From NCBI GenBank assembly GCA_963836145.1, contig CAWIIJ010000012.1:107142-171141 (forward strand): 64,000 nucleotides of DNA, written 5' to 3'. Under the pieces are notes generated by a model, which worked only from the letters and a program-made list of their open reading frames with translations, did no database searches and had not been told where the DNA came from. A program made the translations under genes and the position numbers. The stretch comes from an uncultured Acidobacteriota bacterium (GTDB lineage: Bacteria; Acidobacteriota; Terriglobia; Acidiferrales; UBA7541). This document shows positions 9,448 to 17,006 of the stretch, piece after piece. Positions within the stretch are counted from its first letter, which is position 1. Each line of letters starts with the position of its first letter.

Positions 9448-10332
9448 CTAATTTCCGCCTCCTGCGGCGCTCTTTAGAGCATCGCGTGTAAGAATGACCT
9501 TGCCGGAGTGGCCGGAAGGACCAATCGGCGCCAGCGTTTTTCCATTCATTTCGAGAGAAAGAGCGCCCGCGTCTTTTGCGGAGACCTGAAAACGGTCCTT
9601 GGCGGAAAAGGTCCGGTTCTCACCGGCTTTCATGGTGCCGGCAAAGACGCGGTTGGCGTCCGCGACCACCGTCACCTTGGTTTTCTTGTCTGCCTCGACC
9701 GTGAGTTCGAACGTATCGGCTGCCGGCGAAGTTGCATCCGCGGATGGCGATGTTGCCGGAGCGCCTGCGGACGAATCCGCGGCGGCCGGCGGCGGTCCCG
9801 TCGTTGCGTCCCCGGCAGCCGTAGCGGCGGGAGCGGAATCGCTGTGCGAAGGCGCAGCATCGGCCGCGGCCCTGCGTGGCCCGCCATTCGTGCTCACGGC
9901 GGAGGGCTCCGCATCTACCTGCACGGCCAGCGCTGGTTGCCGCGCGGCACGCCAAGCAAGTAGTCGTCGCGTTCCGAACCACGCTCCAACGAGCAGAGCA
10001 GCGATCACGACGGCGGAGATCGTCCAGGCCAACCAGGGGAACTCCGGCGTGACCGCCGGCGGACTGCCGGTCCACACCGGTACGCTTGGCCGGTCGCCGA
10101 CGACCAGAGTGTATTCCGCCACGATGCTTTCCTCGTCGAGCCCGAGATAACGGGCCACGGCACGCACAAATCCGCGATTGAAGACCCCGCCGGGGAGCTG
10201 GTCCCACTGCTCGTTTTCAATGGCTTCCAGAAAACGCGTGGCGATGCGCGTGGCGCCGGAAATCTCGTCCAGAGTGACGCCCCGCAGTTCGCGTTCGCGC
10301 CTGAGGTTTTCGCCGAAAGTGCCTTTGGTCAT
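9448..10332 (-). CDS. rodZ: cytoskeleton protein RodZ-like (HTH + TM + DUF4115-like domain)
   Basis: N-terminal HTH FGENLRRERELRGVTLDEIS..TRFLEAIE, a TM segment, a Pro/Ala-rich linker and a C-terminal beta domain. Confidence 0.85.
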   Translation of the reverse strand: MTKGTFGENLRRERELRGVTLDEISGATRIATRFLEAIENEQWDQLPGGVFNRGFVRAVARYLGLDEESIVAEYTLVVGDRPSVPVWTGSPPAVTPEFPWLAWTISAVVIAALLVGAWFGTRRLLAWRAARQPALAVQVDAEPSAVSTNGGPRRAAADAAPSHSDSAPAATAAGDATTGPPPAAADSSAGAPATSPSADATSPAADTFELTVEADKKTKVTVVADANRVFAGTMKAGENRTFSAKDRFQVSAKDAGALSLEMNGKTLAPIGPSGHSGKVILTRDALKSAAGGGN

Positions 10333-10476
10333 GGGCCTTTGTTCTTTAAGGGGTCTTTTTTGGTCCCGTTGCGAATATAGGCGGGCGGCGGAGGAGTGTC
10401 AATCTCACGAGAAAGGGGCCGAGGCTCGGGTTTTGACGCGCTCTTCACTTTCGCGCAACAGTCCGCGAAGTCACCA

Positions 10477-10506
10477 TTGCACGGATTGACAAGAGCTGAC
10501 TATAAT
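10477..10506 (+). promoter_or_regulatory. sigma70-type promoter TTGCAC-N18-TATAAT
   Basis: -35 at 10477-10482 and a perfect -10 at 10501-10506, about 70 nt upstream of the GGDEF gene. An 8-bp hairpin CCTTCCGT/ACGGAAGG follows in the leader. Confidence 0.55.
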
Positions 10507-10575
10507 TTCTAGTGCCTCAATACCTTCCGTGGAACGGAAGGTGACCCGCAATCGAATCTGGCACTAAGGCTTGCA

Positions 10576-11673
10576 GTGACCACCACTGAAAATTTCTCTG
10601 GCATCGAGCGGCGCCGCAGCCCTTCAGCTCGGGGAGAACAACGCGAGGCGGGCGAGATTGCGGTGTTCCACGAACTGGGCAAGGCGCTCACTTCCTCCCT
10701 GCAACTCGATCAAGTCCTGCGCACCATCATGGAAAAGATCGACGAATTTCTGCGTCCGGATACCTGGTCGCTGCTTCTGGTGGATGATGTAAAGCAGGAA
10801 TTGTATTTCGAACTGGCCGTCGGCAAAGGCGCGCAGGCCCTGAAAGATGTGCGCATCAAAATGGGGCAGGGAATCGCCGGCTGGGTGGCGCAGCATGACG
10901 AAGCGGTGATCGTGCCGGACGTCAGCAAGGACACGCGATTTTTCTCCAAGGTCGACGAAAAGACGCAGATGGAAACGCGCTCGATCGTGGCCGTTCCGGT
11001 ACGCTACCGCGACCATTGCCTGGGCGTCATCGAGCTGATCAATTGCGTGGAGCGCGAAGGCTTCATGGAACGCGATCTGGCGCTGCTCGAAGCATTGGCC
11101 GACTTTGCCGCGATCGCGCTTGAAAATGCGCGGCATGTGAAACGAATCCATGAACTCACCATCACCGACGATTGCACCAGCCTGTACAACGCGCGGCACA
11201 TGGATTTTATTCTGGAAACGGAAATTTACCGCTCGCAGCGTTATGGCTACGAATTTTCAGTGGTTTTCATCGACCTCGATCATTTCAAGAGCGTCAATGA
11301 TACCCACGGGCACCTCGTCGGATCGAAGCTCCTCGCCGAAGTCGGGCAAATCGTGAAGAGCGCCTGCCGACGGATTGATTTCGCCTTCCGGTACGGGGGA
11401 GATGAATTTGTGATCGTTCTGCCGCAGGCCACCAAGGAAAACGCCTTTGTGGTCGCGCGCCGCCTGCACAAATTGATCGGGGAAACGCGCTGGCTGAGCA
11501 GCGAGGGGCTGGATGTGCATTTCACGGCCAGCATCGGAGTGGCGTCGTATCCCTCCGACGCGAAGACCAAGGTGGAATTGCTACACCTGGCCGACGAGGC
11601 CATGTATGCGATCAAGAACACCACACGCAACGGCGTGGCCGCGGCAAAAGTCGGCGCGTTGCCCACAAAATAA
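10576..11673 (+). CDS. GAF domain-containing diguanylate cyclase
   Basis: The C-terminal GGDEF domain has an intact RYGGDEF site, with RRID (RxxD I-site) five residues upstream. GTG start. Confidence 0.88.
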   Translation: MTTTENFSGIERRRSPSARGEQREAGEIAVFHELGKALTSSLQLDQVLRTIMEKIDEFLRPDTWSLLLVDDVKQELYFELAVGKGAQALKDVRIKMGQGIAGWVAQHDEAVIVPDVSKDTRFFSKVDEKTQMETRSIVAVPVRYRDHCLGVIELINCVEREGFMERDLALLEALADFAAIALENARHVKRIHELTITDDCTSLYNARHMDFILETEIYRSQRYGYEFSVVFIDLDHFKSVNDTHGHLVGSKLLAEVGQIVKSACRRIDFAFRYGGDEFVIVLPQATKENAFVVARRLHKLIGETRWLSSEGLDVHFTASIGVASYPSDAKTKVELLHLADEAMYAIKNTTRNGVAAAKVGALPTK

Positions 11674-11830
11674 ATCGGTTTTTGGACTCGATTTCCACAG
11701 CAGTATACATTCCCGCCTCCCGCATCTTCTTGATTCACTTCCTATGCCATGCTAGTCTCAGCGCTTCCGGTGACACGCCGCAGTGTGAATGGAGTGGATG
11801 TCCCGGTCGAGCATCCGAGACGAGGAGCGC

Positions 11831-12127
11831 ATGTCCAACGAAGCATTGGGGATGATTGAGACCAAGGGCCTGGTCGCTTCGATCGAAGCGGCCGACGCCA
11901 TGGTGAAGGCCGCCAACGTCATCCTCGTCGGCAAGGAATACATCGGCTCGGGATATGTCACCGTGATGGTGCGCGGAGACGTCGGCGCGGTGAAAGCCGC
12001 GACTGACGCGGGCGCGGCCGCAGCGCGCCGCGTGGGCGAGCTTGTTTCCGTGCATGTAATTCCGCGCCCGCACGAGCACGTGGAAAAGATTTTGCCCGGA
12101 GGCGGAGCGGCAGGAACGAAGAAGTAA
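11831..12127 (+). CDS. bacterial microcompartment shell protein, BMC-H (PduA/EutM/CcmK-like)
   Basis: [30 protein letters not shown]...[17 protein letters not shown] is the canonical BMC-domain sequence. Start trimmed to ATG 11831, behind GAGGAG. Confidence 0.9.
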   Translation: MSNEALGMIETKGLVASIEAADAMVKAANVILVGKEYIGSGYVTVMVRGDVGAVKAATDAGAAAARRVGELVSVHVIPRPHEHVEKILPGGGAAGTKK

Positions 12128-12254
12128 ACCGCGAGGACGCGCGGTGCATCGAGCGGCCGCTAAGTTTCTGCAGCTCGCGTCAACGGTCTTCAGGCCTGCG
12201 GTTCCGGAGCCGGCGAACGAAGGCAGCGATGTTGGTAGGAGAAGGTAAAGCGTT

Positions 12255-14327
12255 TTGAGCCTGCGCGATCGCGACCTCATCTCCATTCAAGAAGCCCGCG
12301 AACTGGCGGCCCGGGCGGCTGCCGCACAGAAAAAATTCGCAGCATTTTCCCAGGAACAAGTTGACGCCGTCGTGGAGGCTTGCGCGAGAGCAGCCGCTGA
12401 AAATGCGGAGCCGCTGGCGCGCACGGCCGTGGAAGAAACCGGCTTCGGCAACGTCCCCGACAAGATCGTAAAGAACACGCTCGCCGCGGTGAACGTGCCG
12501 CGCGCGATTCGCGGCCTGTGCACCGTCGGAATTCTGCGCGAGGATCGCGACAAGGGAATCGTCGAGGTCGCCTCGCCGATCGGCGTTGTGGCGGCAGTGA
12601 TTCCTTCGACGAACCCAACCTCGACGGCCATCTACAAAACGATCATCTCCATCAAAGCGCAGAACGCGATTGTGCTGAGCCCGCATCCTTCGGCCATCAA
12701 GTGCATTTGCCAGGCGGCCACGCTGCTCGATCGCGCGGCACTTCAGGCGGGCGCGCCGGACGGCCTGATCCAGTGCATGTTGCACACCACGCTCGAAGGC
12801 ACGCGTGAGCTGATGCGCCGGCCCGAAGTCGGCGTCATCCTTGCCACCGGCGGCACGGGACTCGTGCGCGCGGCGTACGGGTCGGGCAAGCCGGCCTACG
12901 GCGTCGGTCCGGGGAACGTTCCGGCGTTCATCGAACGCACGGCCGACGTGCGCAAGGCCGTCGCGGACATCATCGCCGGGAAAACTTTCGACTATGGGAC
13001 GATCTGCTCATCCGAGCAGGCAGCGGTCGCCGAGGAATCGGTGCGCGAGCGCGCGCTCGAGGAATTCCGCCGGCAGGGCGCGTATTTTCTTTCTCCGGAT
13101 GAAATGGAAAGGGTCGCGCGCCTCGTTTTCCTGCCGGGATCGCACACGCCGAACACGAAAATTGTTGGCCGCGCGGCGACCGTGATTGCCGAGCTGGCCG
13201 GAATCAAAGTGCCGCCGGCGACGCGCGTGCTGATCGCGCGTCTCGAACCGGAACAAGTTGGCCGCGAGTTCCCGCTCTCGGCTGAAAAACTGTCACCGGT
13301 CCTGGCCTTCTATGCGGTGCCGAATCTCCCGGCGGGAATCGCTCTTTGCCGCCGGCTGCTGGAATTCGGAGGCCTGGGTCACACCTGCGCGATCCATTCG
13401 CAGAATCGCTCCGCAATTCTGCAATTCGGCGAAGCCATGCCGGCGTTTCGCGTAGTTGTGAACAGCGCGTCGGTGCACGGCTCGATCGGCTATTCGACCA
13501 ACCTCTTTCCCGCGATGACTCTCGGCTGCGGCGCACCCGGCGGCAACATCACTTCGGACAACATCGGCCCGCAACACTTGATGAACGTGAAGCGCATCGC
13601 CTGGGAATCGCGCGGCGTCGAGCACCACACCGTTCCCGCGGCGGAACGCATGGCGGGCGCGGCGATTGCGGCTGCGCCTGAAGCAGTCCAGGAAAGGGAG
13701 AGCGTGTCCCCGCCGCCGGCTGCGAAGCCCAATCCTGTTGAGAATCCGGCGGCGGCGCTGCCTGGGCCGAGGCTGGAGGAAAAGAAATCCGCCGCAAGCG
13801 CGGGGGCGCCCGCTTCCGCAGCCACCACCGGTGGAGTGGACCGCGCCGCTGTCGCGCGCGTGGTCGAGAATGTTCTCAAAGCGCAAGGGATCGTTCGTGG
13901 CAGCGGCGTTCCAAGGCCCATAAATCCGTCTCCGCCAGCACCGGAGCGCTCGACGAAAGAATTGCCCAGCCCGTCTTTGATCGCCGCTGAAGTTGCGGAC
14001 CGGCTTTTTGGTTTGGCGGCGCAATTGGGGACGAATGTTTCCATCGCTCCGCCCCAGGGCGGCGCTTCAGCATTGAGCGAGGGCCAGCCTAAAGGCTCGC
14101 GCGAAAACAACCAAGTCTCAAGCGGCGACTCCGGGAAAAAGCCCGAGGCCGCCGCAAAAATACCCGTCGAAATTCAAGGCTTTGTCAGCGAAAACGATGT
14201 GCGGCGCGCGATGACGCGCAGCGAAAAAATCTTCATCGGGCGCAAGACCATCCTCACGCCTTCCGCGCGCGATCTGGGTTTGGAGCACGAAGTGTTTGTG
14301 GAAACCGAATCCGGCTCAATCCGCTAG
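12255..14327 (+). CDS. CoA-acylating aldehyde dehydrogenase (EutE/PduP type) with ~230-aa C-terminal extension
   Basis: [26 protein letters not shown] and the catalytic [11 protein letters not shown] (Cys251). aa ~460-690 form a Pro/Ala-rich tail. TTG start behind AGGAGAAGG. Confidence 0.88.
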   Translation: MSLRDRDLISIQEARELAARAAAAQKKFAAFSQEQVDAVVEACARAAAENAEPLARTAVEETGFGNVPDKIVKNTLAAVNVPRAIRGLCTVGILREDRDKGIVEVASPIGVVAAVIPSTNPTSTAIYKTIISIKAQNAIVLSPHPSAIKCICQAATLLDRAALQAGAPDGLIQCMLHTTLEGTRELMRRPEVGVILATGGTGLVRAAYGSGKPAYGVGPGNVPAFIERTADVRKAVADIIAGKTFDYGTICSSEQAAVAEESVRERALEEFRRQGAYFLSPDEMERVARLVFLPGSHTPNTKIVGRAATVIAELAGIKVPPATRVLIARLEPEQVGREFPLSAEKLSPVLAFYAVPNLPAGIALCRRLLEFGGLGHTCAIHSQNRSAILQFGEAMPAFRVVVNSASVHGSIGYSTNLFPAMTLGCGAPGGNITSDNIGPQHLMNVKRIAWESRGVEHHTVPAAERMAGAAIAAAPEAVQERESVSPPPAAKPNPVENPAAALPGPRLEEKKSAASAGAPASAATTGGVDRAAVARVVENVLKAQGIVRGSGVPRPINPSPPAPERSTKELPSPSLIAAEVADRLFGLAAQLGTNVSIAPPQGGASALSEGQPKGSRENNQVSSGDSGKKPEAAAKIPVEIQGFVSENDVRRAMTRSEKIFIGRKTILTPSARDLGLEHEVFVETESGSIR

Positions 14328-14342
14328 CTTTGGCAGGTCGTC

Positions 14343-14406
14343 TTCAGCCTGTCATGTTTAGACTTTCCGGTGGGCATGAATCAAAACCAACTAGGCTGAA
14401 CAGGCC
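14343..14406. repeat. R1-long element (CAGCCTGTnnnGTTTAGA ... AAAACCAnnTAGGCTGAACAGGCC)
   Basis: Long imperfect hairpin. Relatives at 15559-15628, 49491-49562, 57121-57192, 57402-57465 and 61370-61452. Confidence 0.8.
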
Positions 14407-14427
14407 GCGGAAAAAGTACTCGATATG

Positions 14428-14510
14428 GTCATTTCGAGCGGAGCGAGGAATTTGTCCTAGGCTTAACTATCGGAAAGAAAAGAAAGATTCGTCGCTCCGC
14501 TGGGAATAAC
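14428..14510. repeat. R2 inverted-repeat element (GTCATTTCGAGCGGAGCGAGGAAT ... GATTCGTCGCTCCGCTGGGAATAAC)
   Basis: ~24-nt arms around a GAAAAGAAAGA-containing spacer. Relatives at 25683-25765 and 57224-57307. Confidence 0.85.
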
Positions 14511-14551
14511 AAACGGTGGCGCGAGTTTTTCTTCAGCCGCTGAAGCGTGTC

Positions 14552-15439
14552 CTACTTTAAGTACTTATCGAAAAATGCCATGGTGCGATCCCACGCCAGC
14601 GTGGCCGCCTCCTTGTCGTACCGTGGCGTTGTGTCGTTGTGGAAGCCATGATTGGCTCCAGCATAGATGTACGCGGTGTAGGTGATGTGATTGGCCTTCA
14701 GCGCGGCTTCGAATGCCGGCCAGCCCGCGTTCACGCGTGTATCCAGCCCGCCGTAGTGAATCAGGAGCGGCGCCTTGATCTTGGCGACGTCCTCCGGGCT
14801 AGGCTGCATTCCGTAAAACGGGACCGCGGCCGCAAGATCGGGCATGCGCACCGCGAGCGCATTGGCCACGCCTCCACCGTAGCAGAAGCCGACCACTCCG
14901 ATCTTTCCCGTGCAGGCCGGGTTCGATTTCAAGAACATCGCGGCGGCGTACCAATCTTCCATCATTTTCTTGGGATCGAGCTTGGACTGCATATCGCGGC
15001 CCTTGTCGTCATCGCCGGGATATCCGCCGAGCGGAGTCAGTTCGTCGGGCGCTAGCGCGAGATAGCCCGCCACGCCCAGGCGGCGGGCGACATCCTCGAT
15101 GTAGGGATTCAGGCCGCGGTTTTCGTGGACCACGAGCACGCCCGGCAATTTCCCCTTGGCTTCCGCCGGCCGCGCGAGATAGGCGCGAATCGTGCCTTAT
15201 CCTTCTGGCGATTGGAACGTGATGTATTCGGTCTTCAGGCGCTTGTCATCTTTGGGGACTTGCTCGGCGAAGGCGTATTTCGGCGCGAGAGCTTCGTAGA
15301 TCGCGGAGGCGGTCAGGCCGCCCACGGCGAATTTCGCGGCGCCGTCCATGAACTCGCGGCGGCTGATTCCGCCGTGAACGTATTGATCGAAAAGATTGAG
15401 CAATTCCTGATCGAAGTCCGACGCTTTTTTTCGTTCCAT
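14552..15439 (-). pseudogene. dienelactone hydrolase family gene with Tat signal, interrupted by one in-frame TAA
   Basis: Track ORFs 15197..15499 and 14552..15148 are in the same frame. Read-through gives ...[35 protein letters not shown]..., with the TAA at 15197-15199. The N-terminus carries ISRREFMDGAAKFAVGG. ATG at 15439 behind GGGAGG. Confidence 0.8.
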
Positions 15440-15558
15440 GGGGGCCTCCCGTTTCACGCTGTTGGGCGAAGAATAACACGGGCCGGAATGGCGTACCACG
15501 CCATTGCGGGCGGCCGGATTGGTGGTATCGTACGGCTGGCTGGCGGTCGGGAAGCCGA

Positions 15559-15628
15559 TTTCAGCCTGTGTGGTTTAGAGTCTGGGTGGACACTAATCAA
15601 AACCAGACAGGCTTAAGAGCCTGTGTGA
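15559..15628. repeat. R1-long element
   Basis: TTCAGCCTGTGTGGTTTAGAG...AAAACCAGACAGGCTTAAGAGCCTGTGTGA. Confidence 0.8.
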
Positions 15629-15725
15629 CAACCTCCGGATCTTTTTCCGGCTCGTTGTGGAGCGTGCAGGGGACGCTAGGACAAGGTAGGCCGACTTTAG
15701 TGGCTGCGGAGAACTTAATTTATTT

Positions 15726-15760
15726 GTCATTCCTCGGGCAAAGGCAGCCCTCGGAATGAC
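15726..15760. repeat. short R2-related hairpin (GTCATTCCTCGGGC-AAAGGCA-GCCCTCGGAATGAC)
   Basis: Perfect 14-bp stem; the arms match R2 termini. Confidence 0.75.
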
Positions 15761-15823
15761 AAAACGAGTGGGTGGTTGCCCTTGGAGCGGTGGCTGCCCC
15801 CAGAGCTCGGGGCGGGTGCCGGT

Positions 15824-15850
15824 GAGATTCCTCGTTCCGCTCGGAACGAC
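15824..15850. repeat. R2 half-copy (GAGATTCCTCGTTCCGCTCGGAACGAC)
   Basis: Matches the right arm of R2 elements. Confidence 0.7.
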
Positions 15851-15923
15851 AAAATAGATTTTTTCTTGCGCAGGCGGTGAAGTGCGGGTTGGTGAAGTAT
15901 GGGTATTGGTTCTTGCAAGAACG

Positions 15924-15952
15924 AAACCCGACAGGCTGAACGCCTGTCCTAC
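15924..15952. repeat. REP-like palindrome R1
   Basis: AAACCCGACAGGCTGAACGCCTGTCCTAC, near-identical to 331-366. Confidence 0.85.
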
Positions 15953-15976
15953 TAAAGCTAAAGAGGAAAAATCGAC

Positions 15977-16738
15977 ATGCGAAAATTTTCGATTGGTGCG
16001 GTCGCGCTGGCGGCCGTGTTTCTGTTCTCGCAGGGAGTTGCGGCGCAAACGTCCGATGTCCGCGTGCTGGCCTCCAACGGCATCAAAGCCGTGCTTCAGG
16101 ATTTGCTTCCGCAAAGCGAGCGCACCATCGGTCACACGATCTCGGTTGAATATCGCCCCACAGCCGCTTTGAAGCAGGAAATTGAGGGTGGCGAACCCTT
16201 CGACGTGGTGATCGTGACCGTCGAAAGCATTGCCCAGCTGAGCAAGGAAGGAAAGACGATCGGCGGTGAAGGAACTCCCATCAGCCGCGCGGGCGTGGGC
16301 ATCGGCATTCGCAAGGGAGCGCCCCGTCCGGATATCAGCACGCCCGAGGCCATGAAACGCGCGCTGCTGGGAGCCAAGGCGATTGCCTACGGGCCCAGCG
16401 GCGCAAGTTTTCCCTACATCACCCGAATGTTCGAAACCCTGGGGATTGCCGACGCCATGAAGGCCAAAACTTTATTTTTCGATACGTCCGACGGCACCAA
16501 CGGCGCGGTCGCCGAGGGCAAGGCCGATTTCGGCTTCACGCTAGTCAGCGAAATCCTCCCGGTGAAAGGCATCGAATTGCTCGGTCCGTTTCCCGATGAG
16601 TTTCAAGGCTACGTGCGCTTCTCGGCCGCTGTTAGCGCCAGCGCCAAAAATCCCCAAGCGGCGAATGCGCTGATTCAATTTCTGGCGGGCCCGGACGCCC
16701 TGGCGTCGATCAAAGCCCGAGGCATGCAGCCTCACTGA
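15977..16738 (+). CDS. periplasmic substrate-binding protein (ModA/SBP_bac_11-like)
   Basis: Signal peptide MRKFSIGAVALAAVFLFSQGVAA and a PBP-type pattern including KADFGFTLVSEI. No cognate permease or ATPase is adjacent. Confidence 0.7.
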   Translation: MRKFSIGAVALAAVFLFSQGVAAQTSDVRVLASNGIKAVLQDLLPQSERTIGHTISVEYRPTAALKQEIEGGEPFDVVIVTVESIAQLSKEGKTIGGEGTPISRAGVGIGIRKGAPRPDISTPEAMKRALLGAKAIAYGPSGASFPYITRMFETLGIADAMKAKTLFFDTSDGTNGAVAEGKADFGFTLVSEILPVKGIELLGPFPDEFQGYVRFSAAVSASAKNPQAANALIQFLAGPDALASIKARGMQPH

Positions 16739-17006
16739 CGAAGGTTTCTTCGAGGAACACAGACACTTTTGCCTGCGGCTTTGGAGTTCGTCGCGGTCGT
16801 CGAAGACTTAGCGTCAGCGGCACAGGACCGCACGCCATTGCCGGCCGGGCCGGGGAAACCGTGCCGCGGTGAGTTCGACGCTCGTCATGCTAGAATCCGC
16901 GGAAACGCGGCCCGAAGAATAGGCAGACGCCCAGGTCAGAAATTTAATTCTTTCGCCGGCAAGCAGGCCTTCTGCAAAACTGCGAGGCACAGTGGGGAGG
17001 CAATTC

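Noticed and set aside
14552-15148. Treating the C-terminal hydrolase part (TTG 15148) as an independent intact gene.
   Set aside because: It would lack the Tat signal and the conserved N-terminal strand region. These are encoded in frame immediately upstream of the single TAA.
14343-15952. Possible CRISPR array, given the many short palindromic repeats.
   Set aside because: The repeats are heterogeneous, irregularly spaced, and dispersed over the whole window at gene ends. There are no uniform spacers and no cas genes.
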